Part shown: one piece after another, positions 35,778 to 47,199 of the stretch
Layout of the letters: each line of letters starts with the position of its first letter
Position numbering within the stretch: the first letter of the stretch is position 1
Assembly (NCBI GenBank): GCA_030324005.1
Contig: JARDVH010000149.1
Location: 15,116,294 to 15,180,293 of the forward strand
DNA: 64,000 bases
Reading direction: 5' to 3'
DNA from: Negaprion brevirostris
Taxonomy: Eukaryota
Notes under the pieces: generated by a model
Told to the model about the DNA's origin: nothing
What the model saw: only the letters and a program-made list of their open reading frames with translations
Databases searched by the model: none
Translations under genes and position numbers: made by a program

Positions 35778-36369
35778 NNNNNNNNNNNNNNNNNNNNNNN
35801 NNNNNNNNNNNNNNNNNNNNNNNNNNNNNNNNNNNNNNNNNNNNNNNNNNNNNNNNNNNNNNNNNNNNNNNNNNNNNCACCCCCACCCAGACACAGACTC
35901 AGAGTCCCCCACACCCCTCAAGGACACAGAAGCCCCCTCCCCCACCACAAGATCATGGAACCCATCCTTCCCCACACAGTCATGGAATCCATTCCCATGG
36001 ACACAGAACCGTCTCATTGCCTGTAAACCCTCTCCTCCCCCCTCCACTCCATGGAACTTCCTCCATTAGCCTTCCTGCCTGGGCACCACCCCTTTGAACT
36101 GCCCCCATCAATGCCCATGCAATGCCAAGGATCACCGTCTGGATCCTGCTCTGGGCATGAACATATCCCTCCTGTGGGCTGTACTCATCTGTGTGCCCTC
36201 AGGATGGGTTCTGTTTGCCAGATTCCCAATTTTGAAAAGCAGTTCTAATCCATACTGATGTGATGACACACTGTTGGACAGTGGGCGGTTGAGTGGTGGA
36301 GGTGAGCGGTAGGGGGTCTGTGGGTGGGGAGGCTCCTGTTTTGTGTGGATTTTAGAAGTAGATTTTAGA

Positions 36370-36660
36370 CATCAGGACCAGATGAGATGTATCCAAGAAC
36401 TCTGAGGGGTGTCTGAGTGGAAACTACAGAGGGACTGGCCATCATTTCCCAATCTTCTGGGGCCACATGGGTAGTGCCAAAGGACAAGAAGATTGCAAAT
36501 GCTACAGCAATTTTCAGGGAAGGGTATAAAGATGAGACCAGCAATAATACGCCAGTCAGTTTAACTGTGGTGATGGGGAAGCTTTTAAAAACAATGATTT
36601 GAGGTAAAATTCATAGTCAGTTGGGCAAATGCAGGATTATTAAGGAAAGTCAAATGGGTC
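36370..36660 (+). mobile_element. CR1 RT N-terminal fragment
   Basis: LAIISQSS...VPKDKKIANATAIFREG...NNTPVSLTVVMGKLLK. Confidence 0.8.
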
Positions 36661-36764
36661 AGGTCTGTCCTGCCAGTGGAACAGGACATACCCAGGGATG
36701 GAGATGGTTCGACCTGGGATGTTACCTGTAAGGTGTGATTCTGATCATGTTGCACTGAGGATGT

Positions 36765-36920
36765 TGCTGGTGGTGATTTAACCTCAGAATCACCAAACCT
36801 CAGGCATGGGGCAAGGTTGAGAAGGTGGGGGCTTTCATGAATAATCCCAGCCAGCATGGGATTTGAACTCATCCTCTGCATCACTAATCAGCCATCCAGC
36901 CAACTGAGCTAATCGACCCC
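36765..36920 (-). mobile_element. Additional tRNA-headed SINE fragment
   Basis: Minus strand gggtcgattagctcagttggctggatggctg...gagttcaaatccc (A/B boxes); similar head at 62930-63045. Confidence 0.65.
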
Positions 36921-36934
36921 TGACTTTTCCATAA

Positions 36935-37125
36935 TCTGCCACGGAGGCCGATACAACCATACCATTCAAAAGGGAACTGGACCATTAACTGAAAAGAAAA
37001 AATGTTCAGGGCTGTGGGGAATAACTAAGTGAGTGGCACTAGGCAAATTGTTCTTACAGAGAATCAATATAGACATGATAGGCTAATAGCCTCCTGTAGA
37101 AACCATTCTATGATTCTATGGTTCT
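36935..37125 (+). mobile_element. CR1 3' end
   Basis: cattcaaaagggaactggac...gcctcctgtagaaaccattctatgattctatg. Confidence 0.7.
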
Positions 37126-37611
37126 AATAGTCAATGAATAAGCAGTGACCAATACCTAAGTTTATTAATGAAGTTTACTATAAAAATTCCAGTCTATGAA
37201 ACCTCACCATTTGTTCTACTACGTGTAGGAATAAATAGATCAGCCTTCATGTTGAAGACCAGTAGCATTGACCTGATACTAGGCTGCAGCCAAAATCTCC
37301 ATCCAGTATTCCCAGGGTTATATCCCCCAGTTTTCCCTCTCACTCTTGCTCCCTACAGAAAGTTTCGAATCAGTGTGTGTTTCTCAGGTTTAGGCGGCTG
37401 AGATCAGGAACTCAGTAGTGTGTAAGATCATTGGCTCTTTACATGCAGCTTCTCATCAGTGCAGTGCTTCAACCTGATCCAACACTGCACTACACTGGAC
37501 ATTCCTTCAGATGTATTGAGAACGAAGGAATAAAACTTTAACTCACCTATCTCCTACTTTCACTTTCAGACTTTATCAAAAGTACCACACACCAGATTCT
37601 CAATTTCAAGT

Positions 37612-37725
37612 TAATAGAGCTCTGACGAAGGGTCATCTAGATTTGAAGTGCTGACTCTACTCTCTCTCCACAGATGCTGTCAGACCTGCTGGGACTTTCC
37701 TGCATTTTTATGTTTCTCTTTTGCT
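37612..37725 (+). mobile_element. Penelope P2 terminus with decayed hammerhead motif
   Basis: gagctCTGACGAagggtcatctagatttGAAgtgctgactctactctctctccacagatgctgtcagacctgctg. Confidence 0.65.
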
Positions 37726-39105
37726 TTTAACAATAGAGGCTTCTCCAGCGGTGGAGAAGGGGAAGGGATGGGTGGTGTCTGAGATAAGATCTTCGAAGCT
37801 ACCATTACATGTCTCATTGCTAGGCATTTCAGAGTGATATTTGAGGAGGAATTAAGGTATCGTCATCATATGTGTTAGCAGAAAGCTAAATTTACTACTT
37901 TTAGACATGTGCATTGGTAGTGGCAGCTCCTGCTCTGCTGTGGCAGTTTGGACTGCAGCAGGCTGCTAGGGTGAATGTAAGCTGAATTAAGTCGAACCAC
38001 TCTGCCTTGGGGCAATCCATAAGGAAGAGGTTGTCGGACCAAAGGTCCTTTTTGGACACAGCCAAGCCTTTCCCGCGTGGACCACTCTGCTGAAGGTACA
38101 ATCAGTTGAAGAAGTGAACAGTTGGAAAGTTCCATTCGGAGAAAAGCTGTCCAATTAGAAACAGATGGATGGACAATGGCAGCATGTGAGAGACAGAGAT
38201 AGACAAAAGGGACAGACAGAGAGAAGGGCACAGACAATAAGAGACCTTCCTATTGGCTATCGCTGCCCCATGATTTACAATAGGAGGCAAACTGGAGCAG
38301 TCTGGAGCAAATCTCCTTTTGAGCTTGTCTTCCCATTGGGAAATGCTCTCCCTTTGTACAGTGTAACCACACGACTGAGATCAGATACTCAACACTTGGG
38401 GATTCGCAGGATTGAAAATGCATTCTGTCTCTCCATAGCACATCGCAAACCCAATCTGTCAGCCTTTGAATTCAACGCGTGAACCAGGGCAACAGTCTTG
38501 TTTTATTTACGTCGAGTTCCAGATTTGTTACTAGTAAAATGGCAAGTAGCTGTAATGTCCTTTAAGGTAGCCTGCTCCTTTAATTGGAGCAATTGGATAC
38601 GGGAATGAATTGCTTGCCCCAGGGATTTACCCAGTATAAAAAAATCTTAATTCATACACAATGCTTTGCAGCAGATTAAAGCAAAATAATTAAATTATAA
38701 ACTATTGGATTCTGTGGCATATCGAGCCCACAGTCAATAATGTTTTAACAAACCTGTAGAGGCTGATTATCCTGACGGGGGTCATTTATTTCATAAAGCA
38801 TTTCTTGCAGAGTTGCTATATTTAACACTCACAGTCACAGGGTTCTTGCTAATGTCTTTTTTTAGACCTACTCATGCCACAGCTGCTGATCCCAAGTGAA
38901 TTTAAACAACTAGCCAACTGGGAATTGGGAATTAGACTGGGCACTTGCTTGACCTCCAGGACGCGGGCTCCCACTGAGCTGCGACTGATAGGATTAAAGC
39001 CTGCTCTTGTTTTTAGTTACAAAGATTATTACGTGCAGTGAGTTTGGGGGCCCTCCCACTGCAGAAAGACTTGCATTTATATAGTGCCTTTAACCACAGA
39101 ATATG

Positions 39106-39441
39106 TATTTGTTATTCATGGGTGGCGCTGGCTGGTCACCATTCAGTGCCAATCCTTCGTTACCCTTGGAGGGCAGTTGAGGGTTAATCACATTGCTGTG
39201 GGTCTGGAGTCACATGTAGGCCAGACTAGGTGAGGAGGACAGATTTCCTTTCCTAAACGACATTAGTGAAACAGATGGGCTTCACAGTCATCAGCAGATT
39301 CTTAATTCCAGATATATTTTATTGAATTCAAATTCCACCATCCATCTGCTATGGTGGGATTGGAACCTGGGTGCCAGAAACATTAGATGACTTTCTGGAT
39401 TAATAGTTCAGCAATAGTACCACTAGTCCATCACCTTCCCC
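39106..39441 (-). mobile_element. tRNA-headed SINE type C
   Basis: Homologous to 7756-8003 and 44539-44766. Confidence 0.8.
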
Positions 39442-39489
39442 AAAGGAAAGAAGTGCTTTCGAGTCATTCAAGAAGGTTTGGAGTGTAGT

Positions 39490-39818
39490 CATAGAATCAT
39501 AGAATCCTACACTACAGAAGGAGGCCATTCAGCCCATCAAGGCTGCACTGACCACAATCCCACCAGGCCCTATCCCCATAACCCCATGCATTTACCCTAA
39601 CTAATCCACCTGACACTAAGGGGCAATTTATCATGACCAATCCACTTAACTCACATATCTTTGGACTGTGGCAGGAAACTGGAGCATCCAGAAGAAACTC
39701 GCGCAGACATGGGGAGGATGTGCAGACTCCATACAGGCAGTGATCCAAGGCTGGAATCAAACCCAGGTCTCTGGCACTGTAAGGCAGCAGTGCTAACCAT
39801 TGTGCCACTGTGCCTCCC
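39490..39818 (-). mobile_element. HE1-type V-SINE, full length
   Basis: catagaatcatagaatcc tail ... gcagcagtgctaaccattgtgccactgtgcc head; gtcat on both flanks. Confidence 0.9.
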
Positions 39819-40346
39819 TCGTCATGTTGTAATGTTGGAAATGCAGCAGCCAATTTGAACACAGCATCATTTGTTTCTGTGAAGTTGTTTTGGGAGATAA
39901 ATATTAGCCAGGAGAGCAGGCTCAACTCCCCCCCTGCTCTTCTTTACTTCCTCTTTGTCCACCTGTGAGGGTTGATGCAGACTCAATTTAACACCTCATC
40001 CAGAAGACATCACCTCTGGCAGTGTGGCACTCTCTCAGTACTGTACTGGAGTGTCAATCTTGATTTTTCTGCTCAAATCCTGGAATGGAACTTAAAGCCT
40101 CAACTTTCTGACATTGAGGTGAGTGTGCTATCGACTGTGCCATAGCTGAGGCAAGACCAGGGGGCATGGATCCCCAGAATGAAATTACCCTCAATCAAGG
40201 GAACAGCAGATTTATCCTCAATAATTTGTTAAATAAGTGTCTTCAATTGATACCAGTAAGCAGTTTGGCAAGTGCACCAAAATAAAAACAAGTTGCCACC
40301 AAAAAGTGCTATGTTTTATTCTGAAGAAATTTTTCCTTTAGACCTT

Positions 40347-40477
40347 GGGCAGAATTTTACAGCCTCGCTGGTTCCAAAACTGTAAAATCTGTGCCCGAGG
40401 TCAATGGACCTTTCCATGGTCCACCTCCCACCCACTCCGATTCCTGCGGTGAGCAGTGGAGGGCAAAATTCCAGCCC
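40347..40477. mobile_element. Short GGG...CCC MITE
   Basis: gggcagaattttac / gcaaaattccagccc, with TT on both flanks. Confidence 0.7.
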
Positions 40478-40878
40478 TTGAATTTCAGCTCACTGTCCAG
40501 AAAATAGCATTCAACAAAGATAGTAAGCTAGATTCAAGCTGAAATCGGATGTGAGACACTTTCAGAAGTCTTTTCAGTGTGTCTGATGACCATACAATTC
40601 AGAACTGATAGGGACATGTGCTATGGACAAACATAGCACTGAGAAGTTGCCCATCCAACAAAGCTCTTGCCTAATGTTACAGTCCATCTTTTGTGAAATA
40701 AGGTCTTTGAGATCATACAAACAAGCTGCCTCTTGACTTGGTTAGGCCATTCTTCAGAACAAATAATAATCTGTACGGTGTATCCTTTTATGACTGACAC
40801 ATGCGATGTCTACCTGAGATGGTCTTTCTGAGATCATTGCAATGAAACCTGCATTACAATCCAATCCTTGTTTATGTT

Positions 40879-41240
40879 GGGGAGATGGTGGCATAGTGGG
40901 ATTGCCACTGAACTTCTAATCCAGAAACCCAGGGTAATGTTCTGGGGACTTGAGTTCAAATCCAACCACAGCAGATGGTGAAATGTGAATTCAGTAGAAC
41001 TGTGGAAAGTCTAATGATGACTGCGACTGATGTGGAGATGCTGGCGTTGGGCTGGGGTGGGCACTGTGAGACTTCTTATGACGCCTATGAAAGCATTGTC
41101 GATCGATCTGAAAGCCCACCTGATTCACTAATGTCCTTTAGGGAAGTTACCTGGTCTGACCTACAAGTGATTCTTAAATGGCCTCTCAATCAAAGGCAAT
41201 GAGGGATGGGCAATAAATGCCAGCCCACATCTTATGAATT
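40879..41240 (+). mobile_element. SINE type C carrying a short Penelope P1 fragment (~41029-41086)
   Basis: ggggagatggtggcatagtgg head; tail gggatgggcaataaatgccagcccacatc; insert gatgtggagatgctggcgttgggctggggtg. Confidence 0.75.
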
Positions 41241-41539
41241 AATTAAATCCAACCTGTTAAAGAAATGCTGCTTGAACGCAGATGCTTTATTGAGGATTTC
41301 CAAACAATGAAGCACAGGGCAGAAGCAGCAGGAGTGTTTCCTGCAGGCCTCATCATCATTGTTCTTCTGTCAATATTAAAAAAGACCATCTTCATTTGCC
41401 ATCCAGGCCTTTTGAAGACGCAAATGTAGCTGATGAGTCCTGTTGCAGCTCAGAAAGTTTGAGTAAAATGAGGACGGGGCAGTGGGGCTGACAGGAAGTT
41501 GGCGGCACTGGACTCATGTTTTTTATGTGCCTTGCACTT

Positions 41540-43170
41540 GTTTTGGGCTGACACTATCTGTGACTGTTCGTACACTGATACACCTTTGGCAAATACACAC
41601 CTCCAGGCTGAGCATTCCTGGGCAAGGGTCTTCCATGTTGCAGTGTCAATTTTACAGTCCTTGAGGGAGGCTTTTCAAGATTTCTTCTAGCTGTCAGGGC
41701 AGTGTGCTCCATTCTGCAGGTCAATGTAGAAGATTCACTCAGAGAGCCAGTTGTGAGGCATTCTCGTGGCATGCTGGAGCAGTTTTTGACATAAGGTTGT
41801 AAAGATGCTGACCATGCCAGTTCTCCTGAGGACCTCTGTACCTGGGACTTTGTCTTGCCACTTGATATTGACGAGCCTGCATACGCAGCAAAGGTGGAAG
41901 CGATTGACTTTCTTTGCATGTTGCTGATAGACAGTCCAGGTCTCACTCGCATAGAGTGCAGAGGACAACTGCTCTGAAGACTTGAGCTTGGTTTTCAGGT
42001 CCACCTCTCTTTGTTCCCAAACTGAATCGCAAAGTCTTCCAAAGGACACGCTGATCCTGGTCCCACCATCAACATGAGCACTGCTTAGGTCGGTGTACTT
42101 GTCCACAGGGGTCAGCTTCTGGTTGTTTATTCTTACTGTTGGCTCTTAATAGAGCTTTCCTGGAGCAGGATGGAACATGACTTCAATCTTTGTGCTGATG
42201 GTGAGACCAAATTTGTAACAGGTTCATAATGTGCTGCACATCCACCTCACTCCCAATGTTTATCTTCAGCAAAAAGAAAGTCACACTGTGTATCAGCAAG
42301 GACCTTGGTCTTGGCCTGGAGGTGTCGCAGGTTGAACAGCTTGCTGTCTATTTGGTAGTTGGTGACTATGCCTGTGTCATCACCCTAGAAGAGGTCAGTC
42401 AATATGGTTGAGAACATGGTACTAAAGAGGGCCAGCACCAGTTTACAGTCCTGTTTCGCTGCATTGGTAACAGGAAAGGGGCTGAAGTCTCATTGCCATC
42501 AGGGATGTGAACCTACATACCATCATGGAACTCTCAAACCATCTGAATGAATTTGTCAAGGCACCCAAGCTTGCTGATAATCTTCCAAAGCCCTTTACGG
42601 CTGACACCATCAAAGGCTTTGGATAGGTCAATAAATGTGTTTCGGTCAGCATTTAGTTCCTGGCACTTCTCCTGCAGCTGGCCAGCAAAAAGAACCATGT
42701 TGATGATTCCCAACCTTTTCTAAAACCACACAGACTCTCCAGTAGTGGACCTTGCTCAAGATGTAATAAGAGACACTTTAGAAGAATTCTGACAAGGATT
42801 TTTCCAGTAAGAAGTCTCACAACACCAGGTTAAAGTTCAACAGATTTATTTGGTGGCAAACACGTTTGCTACCAAATAAACCTGTTGGAGTTTAACCTGG
42901 CGTTGTAAGACTTCTTACTGTGTTTACCCCAGTCCAATGCTGGCATCTCCACATCAAGGATTTTTCCAGCAATGGACAGGAGAAATATCCTCTGTGATTG
43001 TCACAAGCTGGTGGTTGCCTTCGCATTTGTAGATGTGAACAGTGAAGCTGTCTTTGAAGTCTTGTAGAAGGACCTCTTTGTCCCACATGGATTGGAAGAG
43101 CTGGGCTGAGCTTTCAGTAGCTGAGATCCAACATATTTATCAATCTCCACTGGAATCTGATCAGCTCCAT
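41540..43170 (-). mobile_element. Decayed RTE-clade (BovB-like) LINE, RT and C-terminal region
   Basis: Peptides SFGRLCDSVWEQREVDLKTKLK...LYASETWTVYQQHAKKVNRFHLCC...IKWQDKVP and CDNHRG; multiple frameshifts. Confidence 0.85.
42808..42955. mobile_element. 148-bp fold-back Penelope P1 mini-insertion
   Basis: 14-bp TSD AAGGATTTTTCCAG at 42794-42807 and 42956-42969; inverted arms 42805-42861 and 42864-42920. Confidence 0.85.
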
Positions 43171-43196
43171 GCACTTTGTCATTTGATCATTGCTCT

Positions 43197-43522
43197 GAGC
43201 GGCACGGTGCCACAGTGGTTAGCACTGCTGCCTCACAGAGCCAGAGACCAGGTTCAATTCCAGACTCGGGTCACTGTCTATGTGGAGTTTGCACGTTCTC
43301 CCCATGTCTGTATGGGTTACCTTCAGGTGTTCTGGTTTCCTCCCACACTCCAAAGATGTTCTGGTTAGGTTGATTGGCCATACTGAATTAACCCTAGTGT
43401 CAAGGGGATTAACAGGGTAAATATATTGGGTTTCGGGAATAGGCTTTGGATGGGAATGTGGTCAGTACAAACCTGATGGGCTGAAAGGCCTCCATCTGTA
43501 CTGTAGGGATTCTATGATTCTA
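43197..43522 (+). mobile_element. HE1-type V-SINE
   Basis: gcggcacggtgccacagtggttagcactgctgcctcacag ... ctgtagggattctatgattcta. Confidence 0.9.
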
Positions 43523-43885
43523 CAGTTTTCTCTGTTTCCCTGCAGTGTGGGTGGAGTGCCTAGAGCAGAGTTGATGTCGACCTATTTATAACATTATCAT
43601 TGATGTGAAATGGTCTGTTTGAGGAAGTTATTGAAATGCTCAACCCTCCAACTATGTCCCCCGACAACCCCAATAGGCCTACACGCTCTCTCCAGTTGTT
43701 GTATTCCTTGCCTGACAAGTTTCTCTTCTGTCAATCAGATAGGTTGCACACAGAAAACCAAAGGCAAACATTTAAAGAGAATTTGCTGTTAAGAACCCCA
43801 CGTTCCGGGATTTTCCAACCACAGAAAGTTCCCATCCTGCTCAGAACACATTTCCAAACTAAAATGCAGACATTAAGTTTTGTTC

Positions 43886-44178
43886 CATAGAATCCCTACA
43901 GTACAGAAGGAAGCCATTTGGCTCATCGAGTCTGTACCCACACAGGCCCTATTCACGTAAACCCACACATTTACCCAGCTAATCCCCCTGATACTAGGGC
44001 CAATTAAGCATGGCCAATCAACCTAACCCACACATCTTTGGACTGTGGGCGGAAACCGGAGCACCTGGACGAAACCCACGCAGTCACAGGGAGAATATGC
44101 AAACTCCACACAGTCACCCGAGATCGGAATTGATCCTGAGTTCTTGGCACTGTGAGGCAGCAGTGCTAACCACGCTGC
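43886..44178 (-). mobile_element. HE1-type V-SINE
   Basis: catagaatccctacagtacagaagg ... gaggcagcagtgctaaccac. Confidence 0.9.
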
Positions 44179-44538
44179 CAGGGCCCATGTCGTTGGTTTC
44201 CAATCAGCAATCAAAACAAGGCTAACAGAACACAAAGGGTGTCTAAGCATTGCCAAGCATGTTCACCTTTTTCTTCACCCAAAAGAACATCAAAAGGTCT
44301 CTAATACTGAATTTCCCTTTGACAGAATTACAAACCATGTTTGGCATAAAGATTAGCTCCATTGCAATCTGGGCCACAGTCTTGCCAAAGATCACAGCCA
44401 AGATTGGACACAGCTTCAGCTTGCATTAAGGATGATTAATGAATATTTGGTACCATCTGAAGCTACAGCACCGAAGAGAGATGACAGATTAGCCCTATTG
44501 CCAAAAACATTTGTGTGGCCCACAATACATTTATACTA

Positions 44539-44766
44539 CTTTTTTTTATCCATTCACAGGACATGGACGTTTCTGGCTAGCCGGCATTTATTGCCTATCC
44601 CTAGTTGCCTGAGGGTAATTGAGAGTCAACCACATTACTGTGGCTCTGGAGTAGCATTTGGGCCAGTCAGGGTAAGCACAGTAGATTTCTTTCCCTAAAG
44701 GACATTAGTGAACTAGGTATTCTTTTCCAAAAATCAACACTGGTTTTCATGATCATCAGGAGATCC
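44539..44766 (-). mobile_element. SINE type C 3' half
   Basis: ggctagccggcatttattgcctatccctagttgcc...ccctaaaggacattagtgaac. Confidence 0.8.
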
Positions 44767-44771
44767 TTCAG

Positions 44772-45032
44772 AGAAATCATAGAAACCTTACAGTGCAGAA
44801 AGAGGCCATTCGGCCCATTGAGTCTGCACCGACCACATTTCCACCCAGGCCCTACCCCCATATCCCACATTTACTTGCTAATCCCTCTAACCCACACATC
44901 TCAAGACACTAAGGAACATTTTTTAGCATGGCCAATCAACCTAACCCGCATATTTTTGGACTACGGGAGGAAACTGGGGGACTTGGAGGAAACCCTCGCA
45001 GACACAAGGAGAATGTGCAAACTCCACACAGA
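44772..45032 (-). mobile_element. HE1-type V-SINE lacking head
   Basis: gaaatcatagaaaccttacagtgcagaaagaggccattcggccc ... gtgcaaactccacacagaca. Confidence 0.85.
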
Positions 45033-45495
45033 CAGGAACTTTGTTAGAGATATGAATATATCTGTTGATAGAGGTACAGTGATAGAGGGTGCAGTGTCAT
45101 GTCTGAAGTACACTTGCATGGACTTTAGAAAGAGTGTGGGCTAATTCAGATAATTTACTTACATTCCTTGCTTAATCATTGAACTACAGAATTCTTACAT
45201 TGCAGGAGCAGGCCATTTGACCCATTGTGTCTGTGCTGGCTCACCAAATGACCAATTCCCATAGTAACCATGCACATTCTTCCTTTTCAGATAATCTAAT
45301 TCCATTTGTTGAACCTGTTCCCACCATTCTCTCATGTAGTGCATTCCAGACCATAATCACTGCTGAGAAAGATTTTCTTAACTTGCGTTCATATCTTTTT
45401 GTATTACTTTAAAATTTGTGCTCTCTTGTTCTCAATCTGTCCCTCTCTGTTGACTCTTGTCTGTCTATCAATTTCTTTGTCTCTATCTCTCTCTG

Positions 45496-45802
45496 GGTGG
45501 TACAGTGGTTCCCACTGCTGCCTCACAGCACCAGGGAGCCGGGTTCAATTTCCCACTTGGGTCACTGTCTCTGTGGAGTCTGCGTGTTCTCCCTGTGTCT
45601 GTGTGGGTTTCCTCCAGGTACTCCAGTTTCCTCCCACAATCCAAAAATGTGCGGATTAGGTGGATTAGCCATGCTAAATTGTCCCTTAGTTGCTCAAGAG
45701 AACTAGCTAGGATAAATGCAAGGGATTATGGGGAAAGGGCCTGGGTCAGTGCAAACTCGATGGGCCGAGTGGACTGCTTCTGCACTGTAGGATTCTATGA
45801 TT
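45496..45802 (+). mobile_element. HE1-type V-SINE within CT-rich low-complexity sequence
   Basis: ggtggtacagtggttcccactgctgcctcacagc ... tgcactgtaggattctatgatt. Confidence 0.9.
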
Positions 45803-46137
45803 CTCTTGCTACCGCTCTCTCACCATCTCACTCTATGTCTGCCTGACTGTCACTATCTCTTTGTTTCTATTTCTCTACCTGTTTATTTCTTGTCTCTCTC
45901 TCTCTCTATCTCCCTGTCTATCTATCCATCTAACTGTCTCTCTATCTCTTTATCTCTCCTATGTCTTTCTGTGTGATTGTCTGTCCGTCCATGTATTCCA
46001 TCCTAACTGTGGATGTATACTACACCACATGGTCTGTAGTGGTGTAAGAAGGTGACTTAGCACCACCTTCACGGGGACAATTAGGGACGGGCAATAAATG
46101 CTGGTCTAGCCGGTAACACCCACACCCCATGAACACC

Positions 46138-46300
46138 TAACTCGCACACCTTTGGACTGAGAGAGGAAACCGGAGCATCCAGAGGAAACCCACGCAGACA
46201 CGGGGAGAGCGCGCAAGCTCCGCACAGACAGTGGCCCAAGCCGGGAATCGAACCCAGGTCCCTGGTGCTATGAGGCAGCAGTGCTAACCATTATGCCACC
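46138..46300 (-). mobile_element. V-SINE head half, abutting a family D LINE tail (46005-46135, +)
   Basis: ggaaacccacgcagacacggggagag...gggaatcgaacccaggtccctggtgctatgaggcagcagtgctaacca. Confidence 0.85.
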
Positions 46301-47044
46301 AACTTATCATTGCAGTCTATATTTAGATAATTGAAGTCCCCCATTATAACTGCTCTATAATTTTGCACCCCTCCAATTGTTCAGTTCTATGAATTATATT
46401 AGCTTTCACACTGACTTGTCGAAACACAAGATATTTCTTGCCATTAAGATAGAACAGGTTTTCATTCACTATTTCCAGCAGAATACTGGAAATAAGCCAT
46501 AGAGGAGCAGCATTTAATTGAAGGTTGCCTTACAAGAGTGTGTAGAGGCAATAGCTACTGTCGACCAAAAAACATTGCGACAGACTCTGACTTGCTCAAC
46601 TTGTTCCGTTAGTAGCTTCTGACAGCATTGTGTTGTTCCCTTGTGTAACTGAGGTTGACAACCACGGTACTATGACAATCATGTGGGTGCTAATTAAAGC
46701 CATTGTTACTTACGTTAATAAAAAAGACACAGGTTAAATTCATATTTTCAGGTGCTATATTGCTCCTACTTCATGTTTCTGTTGCACAATATTGTGTCCC
46801 ACTGGATTTCTGCCGGTGCCTGTAATTTTTACTGTCACAGAGAGCCCTTTTGCCTCTAGTGTGATTTTTCAACAACTTCAGTGTTTCAGCAAAACCGATT
46901 CCATTTCAGTGCAGTGCTAAAGTTGATGTCTAAGCAGACATCCACCAAAGCTGTGTCATTCCGGATCACACTGGGAAAGGCTAAAGTCAAACCTCTGGCA
47001 GTTGGGAGGTTTGTGCCTCTACACAACCCAGACTTTTGCATAGA

Positions 47045-47199
47045 TGGCAGTTTCTACAATTCAGATCCAAATTATAGAGTTGTGGTTGGAAGTTTACACT
47101 TCCCATTATAAACATATAAAATATAAAAATGGGGCTGTATTGGCAATTTCAACAATTCAGATCCAAATTATAGAGTTGTAGTTGGAAGTTAACACTTCC
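47045..47199. repeat. 59-bp direct repeat, two copies, 96-bp period
   Basis: 47045-47103 vs 47141-47199, four mismatches. Confidence 0.85.

Larger units (their letters stand above)
39063..40150 (-). mobile_element. DeuSINE-like copy split by two younger SINEs
   Basis: Tail gaaagacttgcatttatatagtgccttt; resumes ...gttgtaatgttggaaatgcagcagccaatttg...; head ends gactgtgccatagctga. Confidence 0.75.

Noticed and set aside
43197-43270. tRNA-like A/B box sequences
   Set aside because: These are SINE heads continuing into V-domain bodies; no complete cloverleaf tRNA gene was seen
47045-47199. CRISPR-like repeat-spacer-repeat
   Set aside because: Only two 59-bp units, eukaryotic intron context, no cas genes
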